Below, one piece after another: positions 11,851-24,150 of a stretch of 64,000 nucleotides of DNA; the first letter of the stretch is position 1; each line of letters begins with the position of its first letter. The stretch covers positions 62,001 through 126,000 of the forward strand of contig NW_027191486.1 of assembly GCF_011745625.1 (NCBI RefSeq), written 5' to 3'. The notes below the pieces were generated by a model. The model was given only the letters and a program-made list of their open reading frames with translations, did not search any database and was not told where the DNA came from. The position numbers were made by a program, and so were the translations under genes. This stretch comes from Cladosporium halotolerans (Eukaryota).

Positions 11851-13227
11851 GCGGTCGTAAAATTGGTCCCAGCGGCGATCACTCCAGGCTTCGAAGCAAT
11901 CGTAGCAGTCGTTGTCGCTGACAGCACCCAAAACATCACCGCAGCGCCCACAAAGTTCCTCGAGTGTGAAGTAGGCGAAAGGACTGTCACAATCAAGGTC
12001 ATAATCTTCATGGTCGGAATCTTGCTCGAGCATCTTCTTGATCGCTGTCTGGGGTCAGCTAAAAGTCAACATGTCACTGGTCTTGATTCTTACCTCTCTC
12101 ATGGCGCTGCGCGCATTCTCCCGTCGCCTGCTTCAACTCACTTTCGCGGAAGCGAAGTTTGACCTCCTTGATGCGCTTGCAGCGCGCCTTGTAACGACGG
12201 GTCGCCTTCTCGAAGTTCTTCTGCCGCATATGCTCTTCGGCATCTCCATGAATAATTTCAGCGATCCTTCTCACGTCCCTGAGACGGAACGTGAAAACGG
12301 TCATAGCCTTTAAGACCGGAAATCCGACGAATCTGTATTCGGAGGCGTAAGGAATGGTCGGCAAGTCGGTAAAAATGGCTCTGGGGCCGGGCTTGCGTGA
12401 CTTGAGGAGCATGTAGTCACGCAGATCGTACGTCTTCAGGGCATCGGTCAGAGTCTGCGCGTTGAAACATCAGTAAAGCATTGTCGGTTGGGGTGAGGGA
12501 CACTCGGGAAACAAACCACGCAGGGGCCGTTGACGTCGGATTCGCACTGCTCGCAGCAGAGGACCGTGTTGGCGAATGATGCGCGCATACTCCGAGTGGT
12601 GGAAGAGTCACGCCTCAAACAAAAACCGCAACTGGTCTGAAGCTTGCTCAGCAGCTCCTGGCGGAAGACGTACTTGGGCCCAGATTTCGGCCGTGCCGCA
12701 ATTCTGGCAGAGCGGCGAGGCTCAATCCTCGGGGTCTGCCAGTCTGAAGTGTTCCCGAAGAGGTGTCCAACACCCAGAACCTCCTGATTCTTGTGAAGGA
12801 AATGGCGAGAGAATCCCTCGGTAGCGCGGTAGAAGAGGTGGGACATGGCGGCCATGGACAGCAACGCCGGGGAGTAGGGCTTATAGTTGCCCTCTTTCAC
12901 TTTGACGCCGCGCTCTGCATCGTGGTCGAGGCTCAGGTAAGAGAGGATGTGATCCAGAATTTCGACAGGCATTCCGCTGATCTGATCCTTGGAGGCATCG
13001 ATTGCACCGTTGAAAGCGTTCGGAAAGTCGTCCTTGAAACGGGGATAGGAAGTGAACGGGAGCTCCTCGACGTCTTCAACGTCAGGCTGGACCCCCGGGA
13101 CGTTCGCTTCCGCAGTCTTGATGTTGTTGCCTGGAGTCGGCGATCCTTGGACTCCGTTCGCGGACTGGGCACGCGACTTCAGCTTCGGTCTCCCCTTGGA
13201 GGTCTCCGAAGCAGCCTCGCTGGCCAT
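11845..13227 (-). CDS. F-box protein with a Cys-rich (CxxC...CCxxC) Zn-binding-like region, ~423 aa; introns 12455..12516 and 12045..12093
   Basis: It has an F-box-like ISGMPVEILDHILSYL and CGFC...CCEQC followed by TLTDALKTYDLRDY (reminiscent of the XPA/Rad14 C-terminal helix). Three ORFs join in frame via two introns (711+361+200=1272 nt). Confidence 0.75.
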
Positions 13228-13334
13228 CTTGCCTGAGGTCTTGGCCTGATCTCGTTATTAGCGCTGCTTCACGAGAGCGTCGAAAAAAAAGGAAAAAGAA
13301 ATCTCGAGCGTGGTCGAGTGGTCTTGTTTGATCA

Positions 13335-13462
13335 GGAAGTCCTCGTCCCAGAGTGTGATATGTCTGGTCCGAGAGTGTGGCAGTCCTCGTAGAGAGTGTG
13401 GCAGTTCTCAGAGAGTGCAGAAGTCCTCGTCGAAGAGCGTGGAAGTTCTCGACAGAAAGGGC
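13335..13462. repeat. Degenerate ~22-bp minisatellite (about 6 units) upstream of the F-box gene
   Basis: The units are GGAAGTCCTCGTCCCAGAGTGT, GATATGTCTGGTCCGAGAGTGT, GGCAGTCCTCGTAGAGAGTGT, GGCAGTTCTCAGAGAGTGC, AGAAGTCCTCGTCGAAGAGCGT and GGAAGTTCTCGACAGAAAGGGC. Confidence 0.85.
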
Positions 13463-13789
13463 GGACGTTTGGGTCAAGGTCAAGGCAACAAACGGATCCG
13501 CGCAGTGCAACAGAAGAGGAAGGAAGGACGCGAAATAGACAAGGAAGGCACGCGAAGCTGGCGCGACGGGAGCCGGGCCGGGTTGCCCAGGCGTGTCGTA
13601 GTCAGTGAAAGACAAAAAAGAACAGTCTGACTCTATGGGGCAAGACGTTTGATGAAAAGGGTAATCTGGAAGGGGAAGTGAACAACGTTCCCGTAAAGTG
13701 GGTATATGACCCGGCTGCTCTAGCGTCCAACAAGCCACCCACCACATTTATCTGTATCTCTTTAAAACCATTACTGCGTAAAAACCCGT

Positions 13790-15427
13790 TTACTCAAACT
13801 CGATGGTCGCAGGCGGCTTACTGCTGACCTCGTAAACAACGCGCGCAACACCCTGAACCTCGTTGCCAATCCTGTTCACGACCCTCTTGAGCCACTCGCC
13901 ATCGAAGACGAACGAGTCGGCGGTCATGAAGTCCGACGTCGAGACTGCCCTGAGCGCGATGATATAGCCGTGAAGCCTCTGGTCGCCGACAACACCAACA
14001 GCCTTGCCCTCCATCATCGCGGCGAAAGCCTGTGCAATCTGGCCGTAGAGACCGGCAGCGCGAATCTCCGAGATGAAGATCGCGTCAGCCTCCTGCACAA
14101 TGCGGACCTTCTCAGGGGTGACAGCGCCGATAATGCGGATGGCGAGACCGGGGCCAGGGAAGGGGTGGCGCCAGACAAGGTCGTGAGGGATGCCGAGGTT
14201 GGTACCCATGGCGCGAACCTCGTCCTTGAAGAGCTCGCGCAGAGGCTCAATGAGCTTCAGGTGCATCTTCTCAGGCAGACCGCCGACGTTGTGGTGGGTC
14301 TTGATCGTGGCGCTGGGGCCCTTGAAAGAGATCGACTCGATAACGTCGGGGTAGAGGGTGCCCTGGAGGAACCACTCAATCTCGCCCGCCTGGGGGGTGT
14401 TGTGTGCAGCGGCGGTGAGCTCGTTGGCCTTCTCCTGGAAACAGTCGATGAAGGTGTTGCCAATGATCTTGCGCTTCTTTTCAGGGTCGGAGACACCATC
14501 GAGAAGACCGAGGAAACGCTGGCTCGCGTCCACAACGTGAAGCTGGATGCCCAGACCCTCAGTGAGCGTCTGGTGGACCTGCTTCGCCTCACCTCCGCGA
14601 AGGACACCGTTGTCAACCAAGACCGCATGGAAACGGTCGCCAATGGCCTCCTTCATCAGCTTGGCGGCGACGGTGGAGTCAACGCCACCACTGACCGCAC
14701 CAATGACCTGACCCTTCTCGCCAACCAAAGCCCTGATCCTCGCGATCTCCTTGTCCACGAAAGCCTCCATAGTCCAATTCGCGCCAGCCTTGCAAATGTT
14801 GACCGCAAAGTTCTTGATCAGAATGGTGCCCTTGGGCGTGTGAGTCACCTCGGGGTGGAACTGAATGCCGTAGTACTGCTTCTCAGTGTGCGCAATGCCA
14901 GCGAAGGGAGCGTTGGCAGTCTTTGCGATCGTGACGAACTGCTCCGGGAGCTTGGACAGCTTGTCACCATGAGACATCCAGACCTCGAAGTCCTGACCAA
15001 GGCCCTTGAACAGCTCATCCACGTGCGGGGACATGGAGGTGTGCGGCTCCAGCTGAAGCTGAGCGCGTCCGTATTCCCTCTTCTCGCCGGCAGAGACATT
15101 CTGGCCGTGTGTCCAAGCAATCTCCTGCAGACCGTAGCAGATACCGAGAATGGGCACATCGAGATCGAAGACGGCGGGGTCGACGTGCGGGGCATCCGGG
15201 GCGTAGACGCTGTAAGGGCCACCGGAGAGGATAATACCCTTGGGCTTCCAGCTCAGCTCAGCAATCTTCTGAGTGCACGGCAGCATCTCAGAGTAGACAT
15301 TGATCTCACGCAACCGGCGGGTGATCAAGTGGGTGTACTGGGAGCCGAAGTCGAGCACCAGGATGGTGTCGAAGAGGGTGTGAGGAGGCGGCGGTGCGCC
15401 GTCGACGTCGCCATTTGCGGAAGACAT
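13790..15427 (-). CDS. GUA1: GMP synthase (glutamine-hydrolysing)
   Basis: The intronless 545-aa ORF contains [24 protein letters not shown] (catalytic Cys), QFHPEV, the PP-loop [26 protein letters not shown] and the C-terminal [10 protein letters not shown]. Confidence 0.98.
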   Translation of the reverse strand: MSSANGDVDGAPPPPHTLFDTILVLDFGSQYTHLITRRLREINVYSEMLPCTQKIAELSWKPKGIILSGGPYSVYAPDAPHVDPAVFDLDVPILGICYGLQEIAWTHGQNVSAGEKREYGRAQLQLEPHTSMSPHVDELFKGLGQDFEVWMSHGDKLSKLPEQFVTIAKTANAPFAGIAHTEKQYYGIQFHPEVTHTPKGTILIKNFAVNICKAGANWTMEAFVDKEIARIRALVGEKGQVIGAVSGGVDSTVAAKLMKEAIGDRFHAVLVDNGVLRGGEAKQVHQTLTEGLGIQLHVVDASQRFLGLLDGVSDPEKKRKIIGNTFIDCFQEKANELTAAAHNTPQAGEIEWFLQGTLYPDVIESISFKGPSATIKTHHNVGGLPEKMHLKLIEPLRELFKDEVRAMGTNLGIPHDLVWRHPFPGPGLAIRIIGAVTPEKVRIVQEADAIFISEIRAAGLYGQIAQAFAAMMEGKAVGVVGDQRLHGYIIALRAVSTSDFMTADSFVFDGEWLKRVVNRIGNEVQGVARVVYEVSSKPPATIEFE

Positions 15428-15727
15428 TGTGAAAGTAATTGATCAGAGCCCCAAGGAGCAGTCAGGTGTGAGGTCTACATCTCGCAAGAGCGCAAGGTCG
15501 GAAGCGGGCGTCAACAGCGTTTGGGAGGAAAGGCAAAGAGTCAGAAAATCTCTTATCGATAAGATCCTAGCGCGAATCTTAAAATCGCCCAGAAGGACTT
15601 GCGAAGGTCATATCAAGGGTCTCGGCAACATTTTGCAGACGAGTCTGAGAAATCGAAATATTTAACATCTTCAGCCCGGATCTGAAGAATACACTTAAAA
15701 AGCTCTCATACACATACTACCGCTAAA

Positions 15728-16656
15728 ATGGGCAAGCGCAAGTCTACCGCCGAAGACAAGGCCGGCGAGATGGATATCGACGGCGAGAGCGACGATGTAA
15801 GTTATTAAGTCATTTCAAGAAATAAATAGAAATTGCCTCACATGCCCAAGAAACTGATTCAAGACTACAGAATGCATCCATCATCAATGTCGACTTCGAG
15901 TGGTTCTCGCCCAACGCCGACGTCGACTTCCACGGCCTCAAGAACCTCCTCAAGCAGCTCTTCGACGTCGACAACCAGCTCTTCGACCTCTCGGAACTCA
16001 CAGATCTGATCCTGGAGCAGCCTGCGTTGGGCTCGACCGTCAAGACCGAAGGCGAAGAAAGCGACCCTTTCGCCTTCCTCACCGTGCTGAACATGCACGA
16101 GCACCGCGAGAAGCAAGTGATGAAGCAGCTCACCTCGTACCTGCTCTCCAAAGCCGCCGCAGAGCCCTCGCTCAACGCGCTGCAAAGCCTTCTCGCTCCT
16201 GAATCGAAAGCACAGGTCGGCCTCGTGCTTAGCGAGCGTTTCATCAACATGCCTCACCAGATTGTTCCCCCCCTCTACACGATGCTCCAAGAGGAGCTGG
16301 CCGAGGCGGTGAAGCAAAAGGAGCCGTACGAATTCACGCATTACCTTATCATCTCGAAATGCTACACGGAAGTGGCCTCGAAACTGGACGTCGAGGACAA
16401 CCCGCCCTCGAAGAAGAACAAGGCCGGTGGCGCAAAAGCCGAGGTCTTCTACTTCCACCCCGAAGACGAGATGTGGCAAAAGCATGCGGCGGCACATGCG
16501 GGCTTTGACTACAATATGGTGGGTGCTGACGGCGCGAGCGATTCAAAGCGTGCGTTCCAGGAGCTCGGTATCAGGCCACAAGCGCATGCTATTCTGATTG
16601 AGGCTGGCAAGTTTGGCCAAGCCGTCAAGGCCGTGGAGGAGTATCTTAGCGGGTAG
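15728..16656 (+). CDS. BCP1: Bcp1/BCCIP (60S biogenesis, uL14 chaperone); intron 15797..15870
   Basis: MGKRKS...DD is spliced to NASIINVDFEWF...DFHGLKNLLKQLFD. It also contains GLVLSERFINMPHQIVPPLYTML and FYFHPEDE. Confidence 0.93.
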
Positions 16657-16976
16657 ACAGTGTCGAAGCTCGGCATTAATGAAGACCTCACGATTCTTGA
16701 GTCAGTTCACGAACCAATGCCCTGGCTGCTTGCAGTAGCTCTCACGTCATCACTTCCAGCACAGCATGGGGATCACAGCAAGCCCAGTCGCTTTCTTTGA
16801 AAGAAACTTGACGATACAGGTACAGTTCAAGTTTATCAGAAACGCTAGTAAAAAGGTGTAACTGTACAATGCACCGTGCGCTCTGCCGTGGCAGAACTAC
16901 AGCATTCCCTCTCATCCTCTAAATACCATCTCCACACACATCTTCCACCCTCATGTACAAAGAAAATCCCGCTCGC

Positions 16977-17793
16977 TTAACCGATAACCAGGCTGGTGTC
17001 CTCGGGGAAGTCGTACTCGGGAACCTCGAGGTTGAGCGGCGCAGGGCCCTTCCTGATGCGGCCGGAGATGTCGTAATGGCTACCGTGGCAGGGGCAGAAC
17101 CAGCCACCGAAGTCACCGGCCTCACCGATGGGCACACAACCCAGGTGGGTGCACACACCCAGCATGATGAGCCACTCGGGCTTCTTGACGCGCTCGCTGT
17201 CGGCCTGGGGGTCGCGGAGGGACTCCCACTTGGTCTCGTCGGCCTCCTTGATCTCGTCGGCGGTACGGTGGCGGATGAAGACGGGCTTGCCGCGCCACTT
17301 GATGATGACGTTCTTGCCCTCTGGGATCGAGGCGAGGTCGACCTCGACCTTAGCCTGGGCGAGGACGTCGGCGGAAGCGGACATGTTGACCAGGAAGTCT
17401 GGGCGCTGTCAGTACCAAGATACCCCAACCTGCCATTCTGCGGCTCGCGCTTCCAGACGCGCAGCCTGATATCCATGTAGACCTACCCTGGACAGTGTTC
17501 TTCGCACCGAGCGCGCTCAGGCCACCGAAAGCGCCGACCATGAAGTATTGGAAGACCTTGTTGTTGGTCTCGCTGCCGGAGCGGTACTTCTTGAAGCTGG
17601 GAATGACAGTGGTGTCCTTCTTGCCGCTGGTGCCGCGAGTGAAAGGCGAGTTGAACTCGGCGTGGGAAGTCGAGGCATCGGCGCGGGTGCGCTTCTGCTG
17701 CTGGACACCGAGAGGCGCGGCGCGGACGGCGGGGAGAGTCTGGCGCGCCGCCTGGCGGCTGATGGCGGTAGAGAGGCGAGTAGGGACGGACAT
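16977..17793 (-). CDS. RIP1: Cytochrome bc1 Rieske iron-sulfur protein; intron 17399..17486
   Basis: Both Rieske boxes are present (CTHLGC and CPCHGS). There is an Arg/Ala-rich mitochondrial presequence, and the splice yields [17 protein letters not shown]. Confidence 0.97.
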
Positions 17794-18087
17794 GGCGGAG
17801 GGCGGGCGTCAATGGGTGCTGTGTCGACGATGGCGGCGGGTTGCAAGGAGGTCGTTGATGGCTTGCTCTTTCTCGCCGTCCGGGCCCGGCCTTGGCGGCA
17901 GCTTCCTCAGCCAGGTCATGGAGACGCTGATTGGCTCGTGCCGCCACCCAACGACCGGCTTTAGGAACTTCAGTGATCATGACATTTATATATGAGTGAA
18001 AAACATCGTAGTGTCACAACGTGAGAAAAAACACCTAGGTATCCGAAGACCCCATCGTAGGAATTGAGTCAAGCAGAAATCATCACC

Positions 18088-18933
18088 ATGCCTCCAGAAA
18101 CGCGACAAACACAACAAACCCTTAGCGACGCATGGTCATCGCGACCGAAGCGACGCAGACTGAATCCAAACAGCGAAACATCAGCAGGTAGCGGTAATAG
18201 ATCACACTCAACAACAGAAAAGGACCAGGCGGAAACAAGTCCGGCGTCAAAAAAGCGACGCTCGAACCCTCCAACTACTCCATCATCGTCATCAACAAAT
18301 AGCATCCATAAATCGCAAACCACGACTCCAATAAACGCCTCAGAAACAAGAGATGAACTCAACACAAAAACCTCACAAACCCCCACCTCCATCCCCAACC
18401 CCAACCCACCTCACTTAAAAGTAACCCACCTCCACACCTCCCTCTTCGCCTCCCCACCCACAACCCTCCTCTGCCACGCCACCAACGCCCACGGAACCTG
18501 GGGCGCCGGCATCGCCGCGACATTCAAAACGACCTACCCGTCCGCCTTCGCAATCTACAAGTCCCACTGCGCATCGCACTCGCACGACCCAAGCCTCCTC
18601 CTCGGAACCGCGCTCCTCATCCCTCCGCAAACAACTTCCCGCAGCGCGACGGAGCGCAACGCGCGACACTGGATCGGGTGCCTGTTCACGAGCGTGGGGA
18701 AGGGGCGGCAGAAGGGGAGCAAGGAGAGTATTTTGGAAGCGACGGGGGACGCGGTGAGGGATTTGCTGGGGCAGGTTGCTGAGCTTGAGGGCGAGGAGGG
18801 CATTGGGGAGGTGCGGATGTGCAAGATTAATTCGGGGCTTTTTGGGGTGCCGTGGGAGGCGACGAGGGAGGTGTTGGAGGGAGTGGAGGTTGCGGAGGGG
18901 CAGGTGGGGGAGGTGGTCGTTTGTTCTTTGTGA
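18088..18933 (+). CDS. POA1: Macro-domain ADP-ribose 1''-phosphate phosphatase (Poa1/TARG1-like) with a disordered N-terminus
   Basis: It contains LCHATNAHGTWGAGIAATFKTTYP, HWIGCLFTS.G.G and MCKINSGLFGVPWE. The first ATG is at 18088. Confidence 0.85.
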   Translation: MPPETRQTQQTLSDAWSSRPKRRRLNPNSETSAGSGNRSHSTTEKDQAETSPASKKRRSNPPTTPSSSSTNSIHKSQTTTPINASETRDELNTKTSQTPTSIPNPNPPHLKVTHLHTSLFASPPTTLLCHATNAHGTWGAGIAATFKTTYPSAFAIYKSHCASHSHDPSLLLGTALLIPPQTTSRSATERNARHWIGCLFTSVGKGRQKGSKESILEATGDAVRDLLGQVAELEGEEGIGEVRMCKINSGLFGVPWEATREVLEGVEVAEGQVGEVVVCSL

Positions 18934-19441
18934 GGTTGGTTGATGGAAGGGAAAGGGGGAGGACTGTGTTGTTCAACTGGGGCTTTGAGGAGGAACGAGG
19001 GAATGGAGATGAATCGTTATCATAAGGATCAGGATCAAAAGCAGAAGTTCAGAACTCGAAATGCCTAATGAGCTCAAATACCGCGCTGCTCCCACATCAG
19101 CAATCAAGTAACGTTGAACGGTACCACCATTTCTTCTATATCTTCAAGATCACAGTTTCTCGCGGTGGCTCGGAAGATAAACAGCATGAATGATCTCAAT
19201 TAATTTTGATTGAATCGCTTTAACAAAACCAGCAAAGACAGTAAACACCCGACTTTCGAGAAGGCAAGATTCTCCAGCCAGAACCGCATTCGAAAGCCTC
19301 CGTTTCGTCGCGGTCACTGAAAATCCGTCGCGGGCCCGAGCAATGTTCATCAGGCCATCGCATTGCATGCATCGCACGCCTTCATCCTTGCGTTAGATCA
19401 TATCCAACATCCAACGTCCACTCAGACGTATTCAGTTTCGT

Positions 19442-21974
19442 CTAACCGAGCAGCTCAACGTCGAGCCCGATAGCCCTCATGAACAGGTTGACGTCGCCCA
19501 GACGCTTCCTGTTCATGTCCTCTGGTAGACTCTTGCTGACAGCGACTGTCTCCATGACGCGCTCCTTGACACCGATGACGAGGCGCTGCTGCTGATCAGG
19601 CGAAGCACCAACGCCCATGGCGGCGAGGAACTGCCAGACGTAGACATCGTCTGCAGCAGCGACGCTCGTGTCGGTGGGGAAGATGTAGGGCAGCAGGGGC
19701 TCGACGGTGTCGAAAAGGCGCGAGTAGAGGTCCGTCCACTGGCCAATGTCCTCCTGCTGCTCGCTGGTGGGCTGCGGCGAGGAAGCGAGGGACTGCTTGA
19801 CGAGCTCGGCGCGGGAAATGAGCATGGTGAGGATGGAGACGCCGGTCTTGGTGCGGACGGCAGCGAGGATGTTGACCCGGTCAAGGACGAGGCCGAGGAG
19901 GCCGATGATGATATTGAGGGGTGCTTCGTTGACGTAGCTGAAGAGAGGAGGCATGACGGCCTGGGCGAAGAGTTCGACCTCCTCTTTCACGCGAGGCGGA
20001 ATAGGGGTGTTGTCCTGAGGCGGGTAGGCGTCGCGGACGACGTCGAGCACATCGAGGTGGATGATGACGAGGGTAAGCATGGTGAGACGTTGTTGCTCAT
20101 CGAGATGACGGAAGACACGAGGAATCGCTTTCTTGCCCTTGCTGTGAGAGAGGATCTGAATGAAGGGGTGAGGAGCGCCGTTGCTGCGCCTTGTTAGCGG
20201 ATGTTAAACGAATGTGATGCAACGCAACTTACTTTGGCTGGATGGGCTCCATGACCTTCAAGGCGGCCCAGAGTTGCTGGTTCAGCTCTGCCATCTCACT
20301 CCTCCATCTCATGTGGCCCTCAATGATTTCAGGCGGGCTGTCCTCGTTAGGCGGAGGTGGCAATCTCCGCTCGTGGTCTTCCGTTTGCATGAGAGTGCTG
20401 TAAACCTTCTCAATGCTCCTCAAAGTCTCCTTACGATCGGCAACTGAGACTGGCTTGCGAGGCTTGGAGTCGTTGTCTACACGCTTGATATTGAGCAAAG
20501 GTCTCGGCGTCTTGCTGTTAGAAAACGCGATCTTTCCCAGCGAGCCCTCCATGACGAGCGATTTGTTCTTCGGACGAGCCTTGGCGGCTTCAACAGCTCT
20601 TGCAACTTGTTGCTCCATGCGCTGGACATGGTTGTCGCCGCCTCTCGGGTGATGTCTGCTGCGGCCGTACCCGTAGCGGCTGCCAGTCTGGAAGAGGTAT
20701 GTCTGAGCGAACTGGTTGAGAGGCTGACCGGGTCCGCTACGAGGTGGTCCCCGAATCTGAGCGTAGACCTGGTAGTAGAAGTCCTCAGCCAATTGGTCTT
20801 CGCTGCCAGGCTCATTGTCGATGCCACCAGTAGCCGTGAGCAACTGCTGGAGCTGAATGCGGGTGATGAAGTTCTTGTCTTGGGGAGTCATCAAGCCATT
20901 GTTCTTGCTGAGAAGGAAGATCTTGTGATTGCGCTTCGCCCGCTTAGCCTCTTCAGCAAGATAAGTCTCGCGGTCCTGAGAGCTCATCTGCATCATCTGT
21001 TGCGCTTGGGTAATTGGAGGGCCAGAGTAGGAGGAATCCCTCGCGTGTCCTGGACCACGAGGAGGTTGGACCGGAGGAGCACCCATTGGTCCTTGAGGAG
21101 GTTGCTGGAACCCCATAAGCTGAGGAGGTGTCGGTACCTGGAAGCCCTGTTGAACTTGCTGTTGACGAGGAGGCGAATGCTGTCTCTGCAGGATTTGGGG
21201 AGCGCGACCATTGTAATCAAATCCAGGCTGAGGCCCAGGCGAAGGACCTTGCGGCGGCGGTCTCTGGAAGCCAGGAGGACCGCGCTGCTGCTGTTGCTGG
21301 GGCTGCGGTGACAGGCCGGGCGGTGGGCCACTCACACCAAGCATAGCCCTCAAACCCTGGCTCTGCGACTCCATGTCTTGGACAGGCGGCGTAGCTTGAG
21401 CCTGAGGCTGAGACTGCATCATAGCCTCGACCTCCTCAAGAGTCATCATCTTGCGCGCAGCGCTGGGCGGCATCTGCTGCTGCTGAGGCGGCGGCTGGTA
21501 TTGCTGCTGGGCTTGCGGAGTCGACTTCTTGGCCACGGAAGTACCCCAGATGGAGGCATCTGCTTCGAGTTTGGGAAGATAGTCCGGCTGCTTGTAGGCT
21601 TCGTAACCAGAGCGCTTCGGCTTCTGCTGTACAGCCTGCTGCATGGGCATGCGGGCATGGTGCAACGTTTGCTCCTCCAGCAGGGTGTCCCGAATCTTTG
21701 CGGTCTCGCCAGCGAAGTCGAAGTCCCTACCCGCCTGGCGGGTGACAGGCATGCCGGAGCCGAAGGTGTCATCGTTGAAGGTGTCGCCCTCCTCTTCCAG
21801 TTGGTCTCCAAGGCCGTCGTAGGTCTGATCGAAGTCGAGCGCGTCATCCGCGTCTGCGCTGCTGCCCAATCCTGCGAATGGATCGTGCTGCTCGAAAACA
21901 CCGCGCGAACCCTTCTGGTCGCGCGGCAAGGTGGTCTCGAAGCCAAAGAAAGACATGGTTGGCGGTCGTGCCAA
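19442..21974 (-). CDS. PAT1: mRNA decapping activator Pat1; intron 20184..20232
   Basis: It has an N-terminal MSFFGF...FNDDTFG, a Q/P-rich middle, GLMTPQDKNFITRIQLQQL, EDFYYQVY, GSLGKIAFSN.KTPRPLL and the C-terminal VNLFMRAIGLD. Confidence 0.95.
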
Positions 21975-22300
21975 GCGGTGGTGGTGTAGATGGATGAGGC
22001 AGTAGGCGGGATTGATGGTGATACGCCGCCGCTTCTCAAATTCCCGGGAGCTTCGCGGCCAAAATGAGCGGCCGATGACGAGATGCAGCCAATGGGAGGG
22101 TTGGGAGTGCGATCAGATATTGGCGAGGCTAGAACGCCACAACAACGATCGTAACCAGCTTGTGCTACAGTGAGGAAGAGCAATCCGAGAAATGTAAGTG
22201 AAGTGCCAAGTTAGCGCCTGAGGTTGGCAGGATGGCTGCAGCAGACAGGCGCCGAAAGTCGAGTCCGCGGACAGCTGTGGTGAGCTCTTGCTGCAGTCAC

Positions 22301-22380
22301 CTCAGGCTGCCAGGACTCAGGCTTCCCAGGCCTCAGGCTCTCAGGCGTTCAGCCCTCAGGCCTTCTCCAGCTCTAGCCCC
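22301..22380. repeat. Short degenerate (C)TCAGG-based minisatellite in the divergent PAT1/KRE2 promoter region
   Basis: The sequence CTCAGGCTGCCAGGACTCAGGCTTCCCAGGCCTCAGGCTCTCAGGCGTTCAGCCCTCAGGCC... is built from 7-10 bp units. Confidence 0.6.
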
Positions 22381-22842
22381 GACTTCCGAGCAGACGGACC
22401 CCTTGCGCGCCTCGCCCGCGCGCCGCCAGCCAACGCCAGCCTGATCGGGCTACCTTACGGAGAGCCACGCCAGCCAGCCTGCGCCTGCTGTGAACACGAA
22501 GTCAGGGTTGCGCGGCTGCAATCTTACCACGCCATAGTCTGCTGCACCACCTCGTGTCTGGCACACTCCGCCCACCGCTGCCTCTTTCTCGTGCTTCTCG
22601 CCCACCTCACCTCTTCTATTTTCCCGTCGCTCGCTTGACCTGTTGCATCGTCCACGCCACCGCCGGCCCCCATTGCCGCCCCATCCCCACATCGTCAACA
22701 CCATTCTGGCGCAAGGAAGCGGCTGACTGCCGGAGACACGCGAGCACCACGCCACGCAGGGGAGAGCGCATCCCGTGGCCCGAAAGCGCACCAGCGCAAC
22801 ACCAGGACCGCATCCGACCACGAGCACGAGGACGCCGCAAAC

Positions 22843-24150
22843 ATGGCCGGATCGACGCGCTACCTGCGCTACATCGTCTTCGCCTTCGTTGCCTTGATCG
22901 TCATCTTCTTCATCTCCTCCTCGTCACAACAGGTCCCCGATTATGAGACGGCAAAAAATATGTTCAAGGGCCAGGGCTGGGCCCATACTTCACCTGACAC
23001 CCCGGCCGCTGGCGGTGCGGGAGAGAAGGAACCAGCAGCGGCAGCACCGCCTCCTGCCAAAGAACCAGTCCCGGCTGAAGACATTGCGAAGACACCGCAG
23101 GGTACAACGGAAACTGGCACTACGCCCAATCCTTATGCCAACTCGCAGCCTAAGCTCTCCGGTCAAGCGCCGGGTGAGCGCATGAACGCAACATTTGTGA
23201 CTCTCGCCCGTAACAGTGACGTGTGGGAGATCGCACGTTCCATCCGCCAGGTTGAGGATCGCTTCAACCACAACTACGGCTACGACTGGGTCTTCTTGAA
23301 CGACGCCGACTTTGACGACACTTTCAAGAAGGTCACATCTGCATTGACGTCCGGAAACACGAAATATGGCAAGATCGACAAGGAACACTGGGGCTTCCCG
23401 GATTTCATCGACCAGGAGCGTGCTCGTAAGGTTCGCGAGGACATGCACGAGCGTAAGATTATCTACGGCGACTCCGTCTCATACCGCCACATGTGCCGCT
23501 ACGAGTCAGGCTTCTTCTTCCGCCACCCGCTCCTCCTCGACTACGAGTGGTATTGGCGCGTGGAGCCCTCGATCGAGCTCTTCTGTGACATTGCCTACGA
23601 CCCCTTCAAGTTCATGAAGGAGCACAAGAAGAAGTACTCCTTCGTGCTCTCCCTCTACGAATACGTCGAGACGATTCCCACGCTCTGGGACAGCGTCAAG
23701 GGCTTCATGAAGGCCCACCCGGAGCACATCGTCGAGGGTAACAGCATGGCCTTCCTCAGCGACGACGGCGGCGAGACGTACAACCACTGCCACTTCTGGT
23801 CGAACTTCGAGATCGGCAACCTGGACTGGCTGCGCAGCCCGGCGTACATCGACTACTTCAACCACCTGGACCGCGATGGCGGCTTCTTCTACGAGCGCTG
23901 GGGCGACGCGCCCGTGCACTCGATCGCGGCGGGGCTCATGCTCAAGAAAGACGAGATCCACTTCTTCAACGACATCGCCTACTACCACGTGCCCTTCACG
24001 CACTGCCCGACGGGCGAGCAGACGCGCCTCGACCTGAAGTGCCACTGCAACCCGAAGGACAACTTTGACTGGAACGGGTACAGCTGCACGGCGCGCTTCT
24101 TCGAGACCAACGGTATGCAGAAGCCCGCCGGCTATGAGAAGGAGCAGTGA
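22843..24150 (+). CDS. KRE2: Golgi alpha-1,2-mannosyltransferase, GT15 family
   Basis: A type II N-terminal TM and stem precede [43 protein letters not shown] and [15 protein letters not shown]. Confidence 0.95.
   Translation: MAGSTRYLRYIVFAFVALIVIFFISSSSQQVPDYETAKNMFKGQGWAHTSPDTPAAGGAGEKEPAAAAPPPAKEPVPAEDIAKTPQGTTETGTTPNPYANSQPKLSGQAPGERMNATFVTLARNSDVWEIARSIRQVEDRFNHNYGYDWVFLNDADFDDTFKKVTSALTSGNTKYGKIDKEHWGFPDFIDQERARKVREDMHERKIIYGDSVSYRHMCRYESGFFFRHPLLLDYEWYWRVEPSIELFCDIAYDPFKFMKEHKKKYSFVLSLYEYVETIPTLWDSVKGFMKAHPEHIVEGNSMAFLSDDGGETYNHCHFWSNFEIGNLDWLRSPAYIDYFNHLDRDGGFFYERWGDAPVHSIAAGLMLKKDEIHFFNDIAYYHVPFTHCPTGEQTRLDLKCHCNPKDNFDWNGYSCTARFFETNGMQKPAGYEKEQ

Noticed and set aside
13970..15442. 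490-aa ORF antisense to GUA1, and similar long antisense or alternate-frame ORFs over GEA2, PAT1, KRE2, TBF1-like, TMA46 and SYF1
   Set aside because: These are shadow ORFs produced by strong C/G third-position codon bias in real genes, and they have no motifs of their own.
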